Positions 14,820-26,500 of a stretch of 64,000 bases of DNA are shown here, piece by piece. The DNA is taken from contig OZ320313.1 of NCBI GenBank assembly GCA_976226885.1, positions 147,188,001 through 147,252,000 on the forward strand. The letters run 5' to 3'. This DNA comes from Iphione sp. A-MEVVRFRX5 (lineage: Eukaryota). The position numbers were made by a program, and so were the translations under genes. The number at the start of each line of letters is the position of its first letter. The first letter of the stretch is position 1. Under the pieces are notes generated by a model that ran no database searches, had not been told where the DNA came from, and saw only the letters and a list, made by a program, of their open reading frames with translations.

Positions 14820-15630
14820 TGCTGCCGCCGACGGTGCCTTTTTTTAACGCCTGGCATGGTATTTATCAGCCAAAAGGGAGAAAGGTGTGTATAGCCCTGG
14901 CTCAAAGTTGTCAGTTTTGGTTTCGATATCGATAGCCCCTACCCTTTGGTGGAGATCATTTCTTGCGAGTGAAGTGTTTACAATGTGTCTTTTTAGATAG
15001 GTATCGATTGTATATACCTCTTAGATAATGATCGAAATAGGTGATGAGGCGTAGAAGACAACCATACTGAATACACATAGAATTGTGTGAATCTTCATTG
15101 CTGGCAGAAATAGCTACACATGTACATATTTTACTTTTGGTAGCATTGCAAGTAAGAACAAACGAGGCAGTATTGACCTTTGAACTGAGTTCAGTGAGTG
15201 TTCAAAATCGGTAGTAGTAATTTCCCAGAGAAAGGAGGTATTTTACCTCACCTGGTCAATTAAAAAGATAATTAATGCAGAGCCAGCAAACTATTAATGT
15301 GTACCTCGAATGTAGAAAGCAAATGCCTACAAAACGTATCATATTGTGAATACATTATCTAAGATGAATATTTTGCAAACATATAGGGACCAATATACAA
15401 ACATCCTCTGGACGTTCTCGTGTCCCTGAGGGATCTGTGCCATAATATACTCTTCTGGGGAGCAGTTAGCAGCCTGAAGGAGATACGTGAAGGTGAGGTA
15501 TATGGGCGTTCACACAGTAATTGGTTGGTGCGGTAGATATCGGCAAACATTATTGCAGCCCATCCGCGGCGGCCGCTTAGCTGCTCACAAGTGGCTGATG
15601 CAGAGGAGTTCTTCTAGTGGAGCTGCTCCT

Positions 15631-16136
15631 CTTACAATACTCCTTCCTCACCACCTGCTCGTCGTATCCTGCAAGCATTCAACAGGTGGTAATCCTTGAG
15701 AGGAAATAAATATTAGGGATGGATGATCTCGCCAACTCATGAATCACGTTATGTCTGGCAGTGACGATAAGGCGAGGGACTCGGGGGCATTCATCTCAAC
15801 GGCTCCACACAGTTTTGGTGATATCAGCATAATTATTGCCTGCAGGGCGATGATTCACTTCATCAAGGTCTGAGCACAAGATAGTGCTATAAATGGCACA
15901 GCTGCCGTTTAGACAGACAAACATCATCAACGCAGTCTTAACGTCCAGTTTGCGCGTGTCCCACACAGATTAACGTGCAGGACCTGATTACATGTAATCT
16001 TACTTCTTATCAAGATGGGGCTTTCCCATTTGTAACCTCTGCACTAGTAGATGAAACATATTTTTCTCTACAACGCTATGTAATATATCAGTCTGTAGAG
16101 GAAGCGGTTCAGTGGCCCTGCCAATATAACCCGCCA
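15631..16136 (-). pseudogene. Possible decayed NACHT/STAND NTPase relic
   Basis: Manual translation shows four motifs in the expected order. WRVILAGP (16136-16113) resembles the strand before Walker A, but GxGK is missing. ILCSDLDE is Walker B-like (DLDE at 15870-15859), RLIVTAR is sensor-1-like (IVTAR at 15768-15754), and LAGYDEQVVRKEYCK resembles GFsxEqxxEY. There are two in-frame TGA stops and at least one frameshift. Each motif on its own is imperfect. Confidence 0.35.
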
Positions 16137-19100
16137 GGGCCTAGGTACGCCAAGGCCTTCAGAGAATTATTTCTCATCTATAATTGACGAAATGTATCTT
16201 TGCTCAGTCTGCTTAGCCAGTATGCGCTGTCTGAAATTATAACGGATGCAAACGTCAAACAGACTATTTTCCTGAAGATATGATAAATTTATGGCTAGTG
16301 TAAAGGTCAGATTCAAAGATAAGGCATACCGAATATCGACAGTTTCCTAGATAAGGATTTCAACCACTCTTACTTTAATGGCGGTTCTCCGTGACTGGAG
16401 GGTAATACATTAAATCTTCATCCTCTTCTTCGTCTTGTCTCCATCTGACTGTATTCCCTGATGTCATTTGTACTCAAACACTGAGTTAGACTCACAATGA
16501 TTTTTGAACGGTTGTTTTTCCTGCATGGTCACTCTTTCCATCTCGCCTTGAACTCCAAATTCATTCTGCCCTTACGGTTTCCCTTGGCCACAAAAACGAA
16601 AGCTCAGAACCACTATGTGTCCAGTGGCAAAGCAAGTAAGCTGGTCACCCACGGGTTAAGCCTCCAGCAGTCAGGACCGTCAGGTAATCAGCACCAGTTG
16701 GGCGACGAGTCGGTGGCCCTTTTCAAAGGTGTCCGGGCCCAGGGACCCATCAGTGCCACCCTGAACTATCTTTTGATGAGATTGCTGAGTTGGCTTGTGG
16801 GTCTTCGTCCCAGCTGAAGGAAGTGCTTGTGGCCTGCTTGTAAAGTCTTTGGATTTGGCCAGTGGGACGGTAGACCATCAACTAACTAGTCCATTTATAT
16901 CAATTCCAAAGGCCACCAGCGCTTGCAAGCGGTTATATCGGACACGCAACGACCCGAGGATTCGGCAAAATACGACAAATGGCTCTGGAAATGAGGCTCG
17001 TTCATAGAGATGCAGAACGGATAATTTGGGGGAGTCTCACCTGGCTTGACCCGGCAATTTTCGGTCATTCCAAACGAGCCCGGCTGAGGAGAAGAAAATG
17101 CAAATCGTTACATCTCCTTTACGTGCACAGGCCAGCAGTGGCTGCGCGGCAATAGTTAGAGCTATTTCCGGAGGGGTGGCGTCTAATTTCCTCCATGTGT
17201 CTTCATTGTACAGAGCGTCACTCGTGTACTTTGGGCAGTACAGGCATGCGGAACCGATGTGCGGTGACAGCAGGGGAAAGTAAAGCCTGAACTCGCCATG
17301 TCAGCGGCCGGGGAGAACGGTGTTTAGAAGTAGTTGGCTGGCGCTGGCAGCGGTCATCAGTTAGAGGTGCAGTCAGTAGTTCACAACCCGCCGAGTTTTT
17401 TATGAGAACACTAGGTCCGTAGGATAAGTGCGTCCGATCAGACACTAGGAGGCTATGCTTAAAGAGCTACTGGAAGAAGGACTCGATAGTTGTGAGACAA
17501 TGGACATCGAAATCTGGTCAAAATGAAGTTATTGCACGAATAAAACCGATGGTAACAAAGCCTGTCTGGGCATTTTAGACGCAGCTGACTCGGGGGGATT
17601 GGACTCTGAATACGGGAAGTGTCTATTGCTATGGCCTGGCTGAACTGCTATCTGCTCGCCCGTATCAGCGCTATAGAAAGACCTGTCAGATAAATGGAAG
17701 CCTTAAATGGAAGCACCGCTAGGTCCTGGGCCGTGCTGTTGGTGCGTGGGTGTTCTTGAGAAACACAAGCTGGCATGTAGACAGGAACAGCTGGTGTACA
17801 TATTGGCGAGGAAACGTTCTACGGGTGATGATATGAACAGGCTGAATTGCCTGCCGATTACTAGTAATTAACTTAGGTGTGTCGATGTGTGGTGTCGTCT
17901 TAGCCGTAGGACAGGCCTTCATATATTCATATAATCTGCTTTTTGCCCAACGCCTAAGCAGGTGGATTTTAGAAACTGCTTTATCCTACTCCTTAAAATT
18001 CCACGCGTCGCCCTGCGTTCAGGCTTTATTCTCGTCATAGCATCCCTTCCTATTTAGCTATCTCCTTGATATTGTAAAATGAAATTATGCAGACGCCTTA
18101 AAGAATAATGGTAACTTATCGGGTGTTTGCAAAATATTACGACTGTGTTTTGTGTGTGTATATGGTGGACCAGAAATTGTTCCAGTCACCCCGTTCTCTT
18201 CCGAACACTACCTGAAAAGTGCCTGGGACTACGTAGCCGCTCGTACTGGTGAGCTGTTCTTTGCTCAAACCGCACTTCTCTGAGTCGCTGGGTGCTGCCA
18301 CCGTGTTCCGGCGCAAATCCATTTCTTCCGACAACAATCTAAATCCCTTCCACTTCACTGGCACGCCTCGTTACTCGTATTTGACACGTCCCATTGGAAC
18401 AACCGAACTTCCTGTGCATGGAGTGGACTACTTTTACCCCCGTCCCTGGAAGGTTTCAGGGAGGTAATCTGGGACTTTGAGGTTTCATTACACAACTTCA
18501 GACCTAAGACTTTAATGGGAAATTCAGAGAAAGTACAGTGAATAAGTCATCGGAAACCCCACTTGGGCAACACGACGTGCACAGTTTTTATTAAAGGTGT
18601 CTGGTGACGTACACGAAAACACAGGACAGCAGAATTGTTAAATTCACACAAACCTATGCGTTAAAGCGAAGCAGAGAACATCAAAATGTGTCAGACGATC
18701 CATGAGGAAGCCAGGCAAGACTGCACTACAAGCTAAAACTTCTAGTGAAACTATAACGTAAATAGATTGGGTAATTCGCCGATTCTCTGCCATAAGGTTG
18801 CGTTAACTAAATAACGTCTATGAAACTGTCGCAGGAACTTCCATTTCGGGAATCAAATAAAAGAGCAGAACGATTGTGTGTTCCCTTTACTCGTCAGGTT
18901 CAAAGCGATTAATGTCAACATTTGATCAATCTTGTTAAAACGATTTCCCTTGTTACGTCTGAGGACTGGTCGTTTGGATTCCATCTGTTAGCCAGGCAAG
19001 AAATTCCAGATAGATTGGTACAGCCCCAGGCATGCACTGCACCAGGAGACAAGACGAAAAGCCTCAACAATGCCCCGACCCCCTGCGTGACAGGTGTGAT

Positions 19101-19198
19101 AATGCTGATAGCTTCAAGGTAGCGTGGAGCGAACTTTCCAGGAAAGAAGTTCTGAGGTTTCCGTGCATTCCATAAATATTCACTAATTAACAACAATA

Positions 19199-19340
19199 NN
19201 NNNNNNNNNNNNNNNNNNNNNNNNNNNNNNNNNNNNNNNNNNNNNNNNNNNNNNNNNNNNNNNNNNNNNNNNNNNNNNNNNNNNNNNNNNNNNNNNNNNN
19301 NNNNNNNNNNNNNNNNNNNNNNNNNNNNNNNNNNNNNNNN
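19199..19340. other. Assembly gap (142 N)
   Basis: Run of n. Confidence 1.
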
Positions 19341-19770
19341 CAAATACTAGTGAGGCTTTTGGAAAGTTAACCTTTCGGGTAAGCACAGCTAGTCCATATC
19401 GAGGTATTATCTTTAAAGAGGCCACTGAAGCAATCTATTTAAGGAGTCTTCAGACTAACTGACTGTGGGTAAAAAGCTGCCTCAGGTATTTTCTCCAATC
19501 TAAGAAAAATGCAGAGCACCGTGGTTTACCCACAGGTTTGACTGCGCTTTGATTAGAATTTTTTCTTTGCAGCCAGGTGAGTGTGATGAAGAACCCTCGG
19601 GTTGGACGCTAGCGACGGGCTACATCCCTACATTCGCCGCTAGAGGACTCTCGAGTCGGCAGTTCTCCATCACAGGTCTGTGCCAACTGAACCCGTGGAG
19701 CGCCCTCGAGAGGAGGAAGCTGTTATGCCTTGGCTGGTGCCAACATTCCAGCTCAGATCTAATTGATACT

Positions 19771-19857
19771 TGAAGCACCCACCCACCCCCTGCCACCAGG
19801 TGGCATCAGATCCTGAAGCACCCACACCCCCCTCCGCTACCAGCTAACACCAGATCC
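19771..19857. repeat. Two imperfect C-rich tandem units of about 43 bp
   Basis: Both units begin tgaagcacccac and end cagatcc. Confidence 0.75.
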
Positions 19858-20408
19858 CCTCCCACCACCTCCTCCCCACATCCTTCTCTTACAGAGGTCT
19901 CAAAAACCGTGCATCTTGGTCCGATGGTGATATTTTTGGAAGCCTGACCTGCATCCCTGTCTCTCTAACCTCATCATAGATTTGACCTATGAACACGGCG
20001 AGCAAGTTTAGTCGGCGGCTGACCAGATCACCCTACGCCAGTCAAAATGACCTAATCGAAGGCTCTCGAGGCTACTGAACGTGGTTTGAGGAATACATGT
20101 ACAGAGCTTTCACGCCTATGTGCACGAGTTCTAAACCTATGCTCCCCGTGATCCTTTCGGGACATGGCCTTTTGAACTTTGTTTCATAATGATACTGTAA
20201 CTTACAGACAGGTGTTTATACTTCAGTGCGTTTTGTGGCAGGGCACCATACATCATATAACTACTATAACGCATCTTTTACTGATAACGTTTATACTGTT
20301 TGGTAGACGAGAACACTCAATGGAACAGTTACGTCAGAGGATATCCCAGATATTCTTTTTGTTTAATATTAAAATTGAAATTTTACTAAACAATCGTATT
20401 TATAGGAG

Positions 20409-20598
20409 TACAGTGGACTCTCACCAAGACTCTCAATGCCAGATCGCAGGGGAGACCAGACCACAGGCGAGATCACTATATCATAGTCCCAAACAGTATG
20501 AATCCTACACAAAAAGAAACCTCAGGGGAGACCAGATTGCAAGGGAGACCATATTCCTTTAGTCCCAGAGGTGGTCTCCTACGCGGGAGTTGACTGTA
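20409..20598. mobile_element. Tc1/mariner-type MITE (TA|CAGT...ACTG|TA)
   Basis: Ends are ta-cagtggactctc and gggagttgactg-ta, with a TA duplication. Internal repeats of ggggagaccag / ggtctcc. Confidence 0.7.
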
Positions 20599-23500
20599 GC
20601 AGATAGCTCTTCAGAACTTATCGAATAACACATTAGTGTATGGTAGTCTATCCGAAAAGCAAATGTGAGTCAATTTCCTACACTTGTGAACGTATTGAAT
20701 TAACAAATAGCCCCTGCCATTCTCTGTTATTTTCTAAAATGCTCTCCTATCTAGGCTCCGCTTCTAAGATTCAGGTAAACGTAACCTTTTGTAAGATTAC
20801 TCCTTACCTCTGACATCTGGTTATTTATTTCAAAGATTTCCCTGGGCCTTGAATAAGAATATTTCTTTTGTAATTAGAACAGTCCGGATCACGAATACAA
20901 TTCCGAAGACATATCCATCATATGCGTCTGAAGGGTTTTTATGAGATGCTCAGTAGGCTTGGGAGGAATGGTTTCCATGGTAACGGAGTAGCAGGTTGAT
21001 TCAGAGGGATTGGACAACTGCCTGGGGTACGTCTTTAATTCCCTATGTCTCTGCATGGTACAGCGAAATAAATAAATCCCGAGGTAGATTAGACCAGGTA
21101 TCTACCAAGCGAGAGGAGTGCTAAGTGGAGGTTGGACTATTCCCTTTGTGGGACGTACCTGGTCACACCTTCGTGCGCAGTGGCCAAAGCCTCGTCAAAT
21201 GAATGACTCCCTTGTGTCATTTAAAAGATAATGACTGACATATTTCACTGACTTAACCGCACAGAGGGTGAGAGAGCAATTCCCTTACATCACTTTCAAT
21301 TTAACTTGGGAAGGTAGGAACCATGCACTGAGTGTGAACAAAAGCTATACATTCTCACTGTCCATTCAGCTGGACCGAATTCATTATAACGGCTGCCTCC
21401 ATAACTCATCAACTATGAACTAAGAGTTTAATCTCCCAACAAGCTAAAACAATGCTGCCCTATTCATCAACGTAGCCCGTGTTCCGGCGTTTAGTTCTTA
21501 TCGGCTTTAATAGAGGAGGAGAAAATGAGACATCCATCTCATTTTGCCTTCAAAGCGTATCTACCAAACAACTGCGATTGACAATAATTTTTAGTCAAGG
21601 GTCTTTTTTTAAGTCCTCTCATAAGAGCCACGGTTTTCATCGGGTTGGCAGATTGATCGATACATTGACGCCCAGCCAATAAAGGAAAGGAAGGGAGGCG
21701 CCAAGGTCCACGAGGACTGGTGGGTGTGGACGTGGCCTTGCTGGAGGGCCTGCAGTTCGCGCGAAATGGGGAACCCCCGGTCGGGAGAGACAAACGATAC
21801 AAGCTCGACCCTTCCTTTGTATTACACCAGAGGCCAGCTGAAAGAGTTCTGGCCGTCTGCCAAGGCTGAACAGGGTCCCATGAGGTGGCTACGCCGTTTG
21901 CTGCAGGGATCAAGGCTCTGGGAATGACTACCGGACCAAGAGTATGAATGGGGGGTCGCTGACAGGTAGTCCGAGAGGGTCATAAACCCTACAAGAACCC
22001 TATCGACCCCCGCCTTTGACGACAGCCTACCGCTATCGGTAGTCATAGTCACAGAGACCAGATTAGAAAGGCCCTGCTGGACTGGCGATTGGAACCCATT
22101 ATTTGAGACTTCGGCGCCCATCTCCGAAGATACATCATCCCGCTCTTGATGTGTGAAATACTTCTATTTGACCTCTTTGGAAGGCTTTCCAATGAAGAGC
22201 TTATCTAAAAGATGTGCTTTGCGAGCACCCTTTTTTACCAGCAGATGAGGCCCATTCCTGCATACTACTACACCCAGGCAGGGTACGCTCGGAGTAAAGG
22301 GGCGGAGATCGCGAATGACACTAGGGTAAACAATACCTGCCAATAAGGAAAGGCAGTATTAACTAAATGGATGAATAGGTTGCGCTTAAATACAGAGGTA
22401 TTGCCACATTTTCAAACAAAACAGACGAGCAGTCTTTTGCCTATTCGGCCCATGCATCATGTAGGTCTCCGTTATCTAATCCAACGCGATCTTTCCTTGT
22501 AACATATCAGAATACCCATGATGAATAACTGAGAGGTAGATATATTCCATTACAGTAATAAGCCTCTGAAGAGTATTTATGACCTAAAAGTCATTTATCA
22601 TAAAGCTTCCGTGAATGATTGCATATGCACAATCCACTTGCCTGTGACCATATCAATTATCCTGATTACATAGAGCTGATGGTCAACTCTACCACTGAAA
22701 CCACCGCGTGATGGCGCAATTCATTTTTTTTGCACATCGATCACGTGACGGGAGAGAGGGAGGGTAGGTTCAAGGGATTCAAGCTCAATATGGTGCCCTC
22801 GTTCATTCTCCGCCATCTCCTTGGTGTTAAGGCGTCCTGGCGACGCCAGCGGTGGCACCACGGTTCAAAGAGGAGGGGAGTTCTTTACCTTGCCATTAGC
22901 CTCCCAAGATGATGAATCTTCTTTCCTGCCTCTCTGCCCCTCCACACCTCCTCCCGACGCGTACAGTTCGTCACCCCAATCTCTGTAGACACCCACCTCT
23001 CCCCAGTCCCATAACAGTCTTTTCACGCAGGTAACATTGACTAGCACCGCTACCCATTATCAGGCAGTTAAGTCACTATAATTTATACCAATACACGTCC
23101 TATCTAAGCTTCTTAATCTGGCTATATGATACAGACACGCAGTGGGACTAAATGGTAATAGATAAGGCGGTGAGGGGATAATCCAGCTAGTAATTTAAAT
23201 AGACTACTCTCATGTATCTTGCCGTTACTGATGTGAAGCAGACGTTAGCCAAAAACACTGCACAAGCCTTCCCCGAGACTGAAATCGCTCTTATTCTTCG
23301 ACTTAGCTGTCCAGAAAATGGAACAGTAATAAGGTTTACAGAAGCTATTTCGATGCAGTTTGTTAAAAAAAACTTTTGCCCGGTAAATAGACTTCTTTCT
23401 TCTGTAGACTTCTCGGATAGTTATTTGTCCCATCACCATCCGGTGCTTGTCCGTAGCCGTATACGCTTCCATTTACTGTAATCACGCCACTGAAGGCATT

Positions 23501-26500
23501 TGCAGGCTGACTACTCACACAATTAAGCACATAAGTTGTACATCACCTGCACTGGCTGTTAATGCGGACAGCAGAATTATATCAGAATAAGTGAATACAG
23601 CGGGCTGTTTACCGAGAGTGCGAGGACACTCCTCATCCGTCTTTGAAGCTTCAGCACGCACACAGCTAATGGGGCGGGCCTGTACGAGCGAGGAGGTACA
23701 GCCCTCCAACGCCCCCACCCGCTGCCTCCTCCTCCTCCGCTCATGGCCACGAAGTACCGGCGGGCCGATGGTGTTTCGGGGAGGGGAGTGGGTGGACGGA
23801 TGGGGGGAGCTGTCCGCATGCTCCATCACCAGCGTGCAAGTCTGAGGGGGAAGGTGGCCGAGGGTGAGGAATAGAACCATTCAACGCCTAGTGGCAAGGG
23901 ATAACACCAAGGCTCATCAGTCTACCGGTTCTACCTGTTGCAACGTTCCGCTCTCCCAAAAAACAGAACCATGTTATACAATACATCTCATCGATAAACC
24001 GAGCGGAAGAGTTGGCGTAAACCAATATTGTTATTGGTAGAATACGTCACGTCCTTCGTATCGCACCGCCGTGATGCTCGGCTTTATGGAGTACCAGGTA
24101 AGAAAAGGCATATAATCCGGAGCTTTGCAACGGGTGATAAATTTTGATTAAATCCGTAACACCAGTCATACAATATCAGCAAAAAGTCATCCAAATGGCA
24201 CAGCACAGTCATTCAAATGGATCTACACGGATAGATTTTTCGATCGTTAAAATAGGGATTGGTGCGCGACAGAAAATCTCCATAACTACATCACATCAAT
24301 AAAATAGACCATATGTAATTAATATGGGATATTGAACTTGTGTCATTAATTTAGCAGTGTTGCCTACTTAACGTTTTTATTTTGGATCAACAAATAAACA
24401 TTCGATTTTCATGAATAAACAACGTGCATTCTATAGAAACCATGGCGTGTCTAGGGCATTTCGATTACCACTTGGTGTCACCAATGCGCGCCCTGACTTT
24501 ATACCGACTTAATTCTCCTAATTCACCGGTGGCTTACAGTCACTGATGGCCTTTTCCTCTAGGGAGACACCCTGGGGCGCCAGGGATAGTCGTCAATAAG
24601 GTCAGCACGCGGGCAATGTGAAGCCCACTGATGCCACAGGACCGCCGACTCTATATACTACTAATTGGCTTTTCAGTCATTTATTTCGCCACTCCAGTCA
24701 CGAAATGTGCCTATTGTGTACGGTATGGTCTTTTAGAATTCAGTTCATTCGTACCAGAATCCAGAATAGGAGAGAAAGTAGAAAACGGATGGTGATACAT
24801 TTTTAAGGACGCCAGATAAATGGTATGTAGGGTTATATCTTTCTGGGACTTACCTCCAGAGGAAAGTCGGGACTACTGAACTATAGGAATGGTCAAGGCT
24901 TACAAAGGAGGTTATTTGTTCGGATACTACAGCGCTTTCTGCTCTGAGGAACGATGCCTAAGGCGCTGAAATTGTATCACTAGCTCTATCCATAGGGATG
25001 GAAGGTACGGCAGCCTTTGTGGCTGTCAGCTCGTCTTGGTCAAGGTTTTACAACGGCTTATATCCCGTGATCCTGTATCTGCACCTGCGCTGAAACTTAG
25101 AAACCTAATACATTTGTCCTCTTAAGCGTTCAGGTTTAGTCCGTCCCTAAAATGGATGAAGAGTACTGTTCAGGACTGAATTATTTAGTTTTTTTCTAGA
25201 CGTGATGGTCCGAAAACACACTATTTTTCTGTCACATATGATATTTGAGTGTTTAAATCATAATAAAATCTTATACGTCACTTAAGATTGGTTGAGAAAG
25301 TGTCTATCGTTGCCTAACGACGGTATTCCCGCGTTACTTAAACAAACAGCACGAAACTGTAACAGATCATACGTGTAAAGTAGTAGAGACTATCTTTCCA
25401 TAGCAAAAGTATCGTTTTTCTAGCCGCCATCAGGAAAATCTTCACAGAGTAGTTGACTTACCTGGCATTCCTGTTGACTTCGTGTGGAAGACTAAAATTT
25501 CAATTGCTGTCCAAGATGCATTATGAAATCATGAATTTATAATATATATATATACAAATGAATGCTTACTCCTCCAATTGAGAAGAGTTAATTCTTGTAG
25601 AGCACTGTAGTGATACCTTATCTCCAAGCAAAGGGACTCCTAACATAAATGACTTGTATAACGACCTTCGCAGAATGAGTACAACATTTTCGCCGCAGTC
25701 TTTCTTGCACTATCGTGCATTCAACATCTGCGTAACCACAGCGTGACATGTACACTATGTCGATCACTAAGACAATATTTTGCTTTTCAGTCATGTAAAG
25801 TGGACTGGGACGAGATATTTTTCAGATATGTTTACACTTCGACAAAACATTTTCAAATGAAACATCTTTAAAAAATGCTTTCCAGTGAAATTTTGCCATC
25901 CACCTTATAGCCTTACCTTATAGCAATCAATGATTGACGTAGAATTTTTCTTGAGTGGATTTAGCGAAGCATTACTGTTATATGCAAATACCTTACATTG
26001 GATTTCTTTTAATGTTATTAATTTTCTTCCATGAGTTTATGTCCTTAAGCTCTTTCAAATTCTTTGCATGACAAGAAACTATGTTTGTGCGTGTGGCCGG
26101 AAACTTTCAAAACTTCACTCGACTGTATAATGTACACGTATAAATATACATGAGCCCTCCATTTACTCCTTTAGTGGTAGATATACTTCTACACTCAGAA
26201 AATCTGTATGAAGTCCACGAGCACCATCATTCTCTTGGTGGAGTGTTCTCGCAGTAAAGCTATGAGGTACACTGCGTTTAAAACGTCCATTGTAAACGCA
26301 CCCACTCTAACGGAACGATGGCTCCGACGCGTTAAGTCAACCCCAGTTCTTGACCTGTGCGTATCTGCACCCGCAAGCGTCGTGGAAATCTGCCAGTGTC
26401 TAGGTATTGCATGGGCGACTGTAAAGCTATTCTCCGTCCAGAAGTATCGGCCATTACGACAGCCAGCTCTGGCTTTCATCTCGCTGCGATGCCGGCGGTT

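Noticed and set aside
25455-25466. ACTTACCTGGCA, identical to the U1 snRNA 5' end
   Set aside because: The match stops after 12 nt and there are no U1 stem-loops or Sm site. It is simply the complement of a consensus donor (CAG|GTAAGT on the minus strand).
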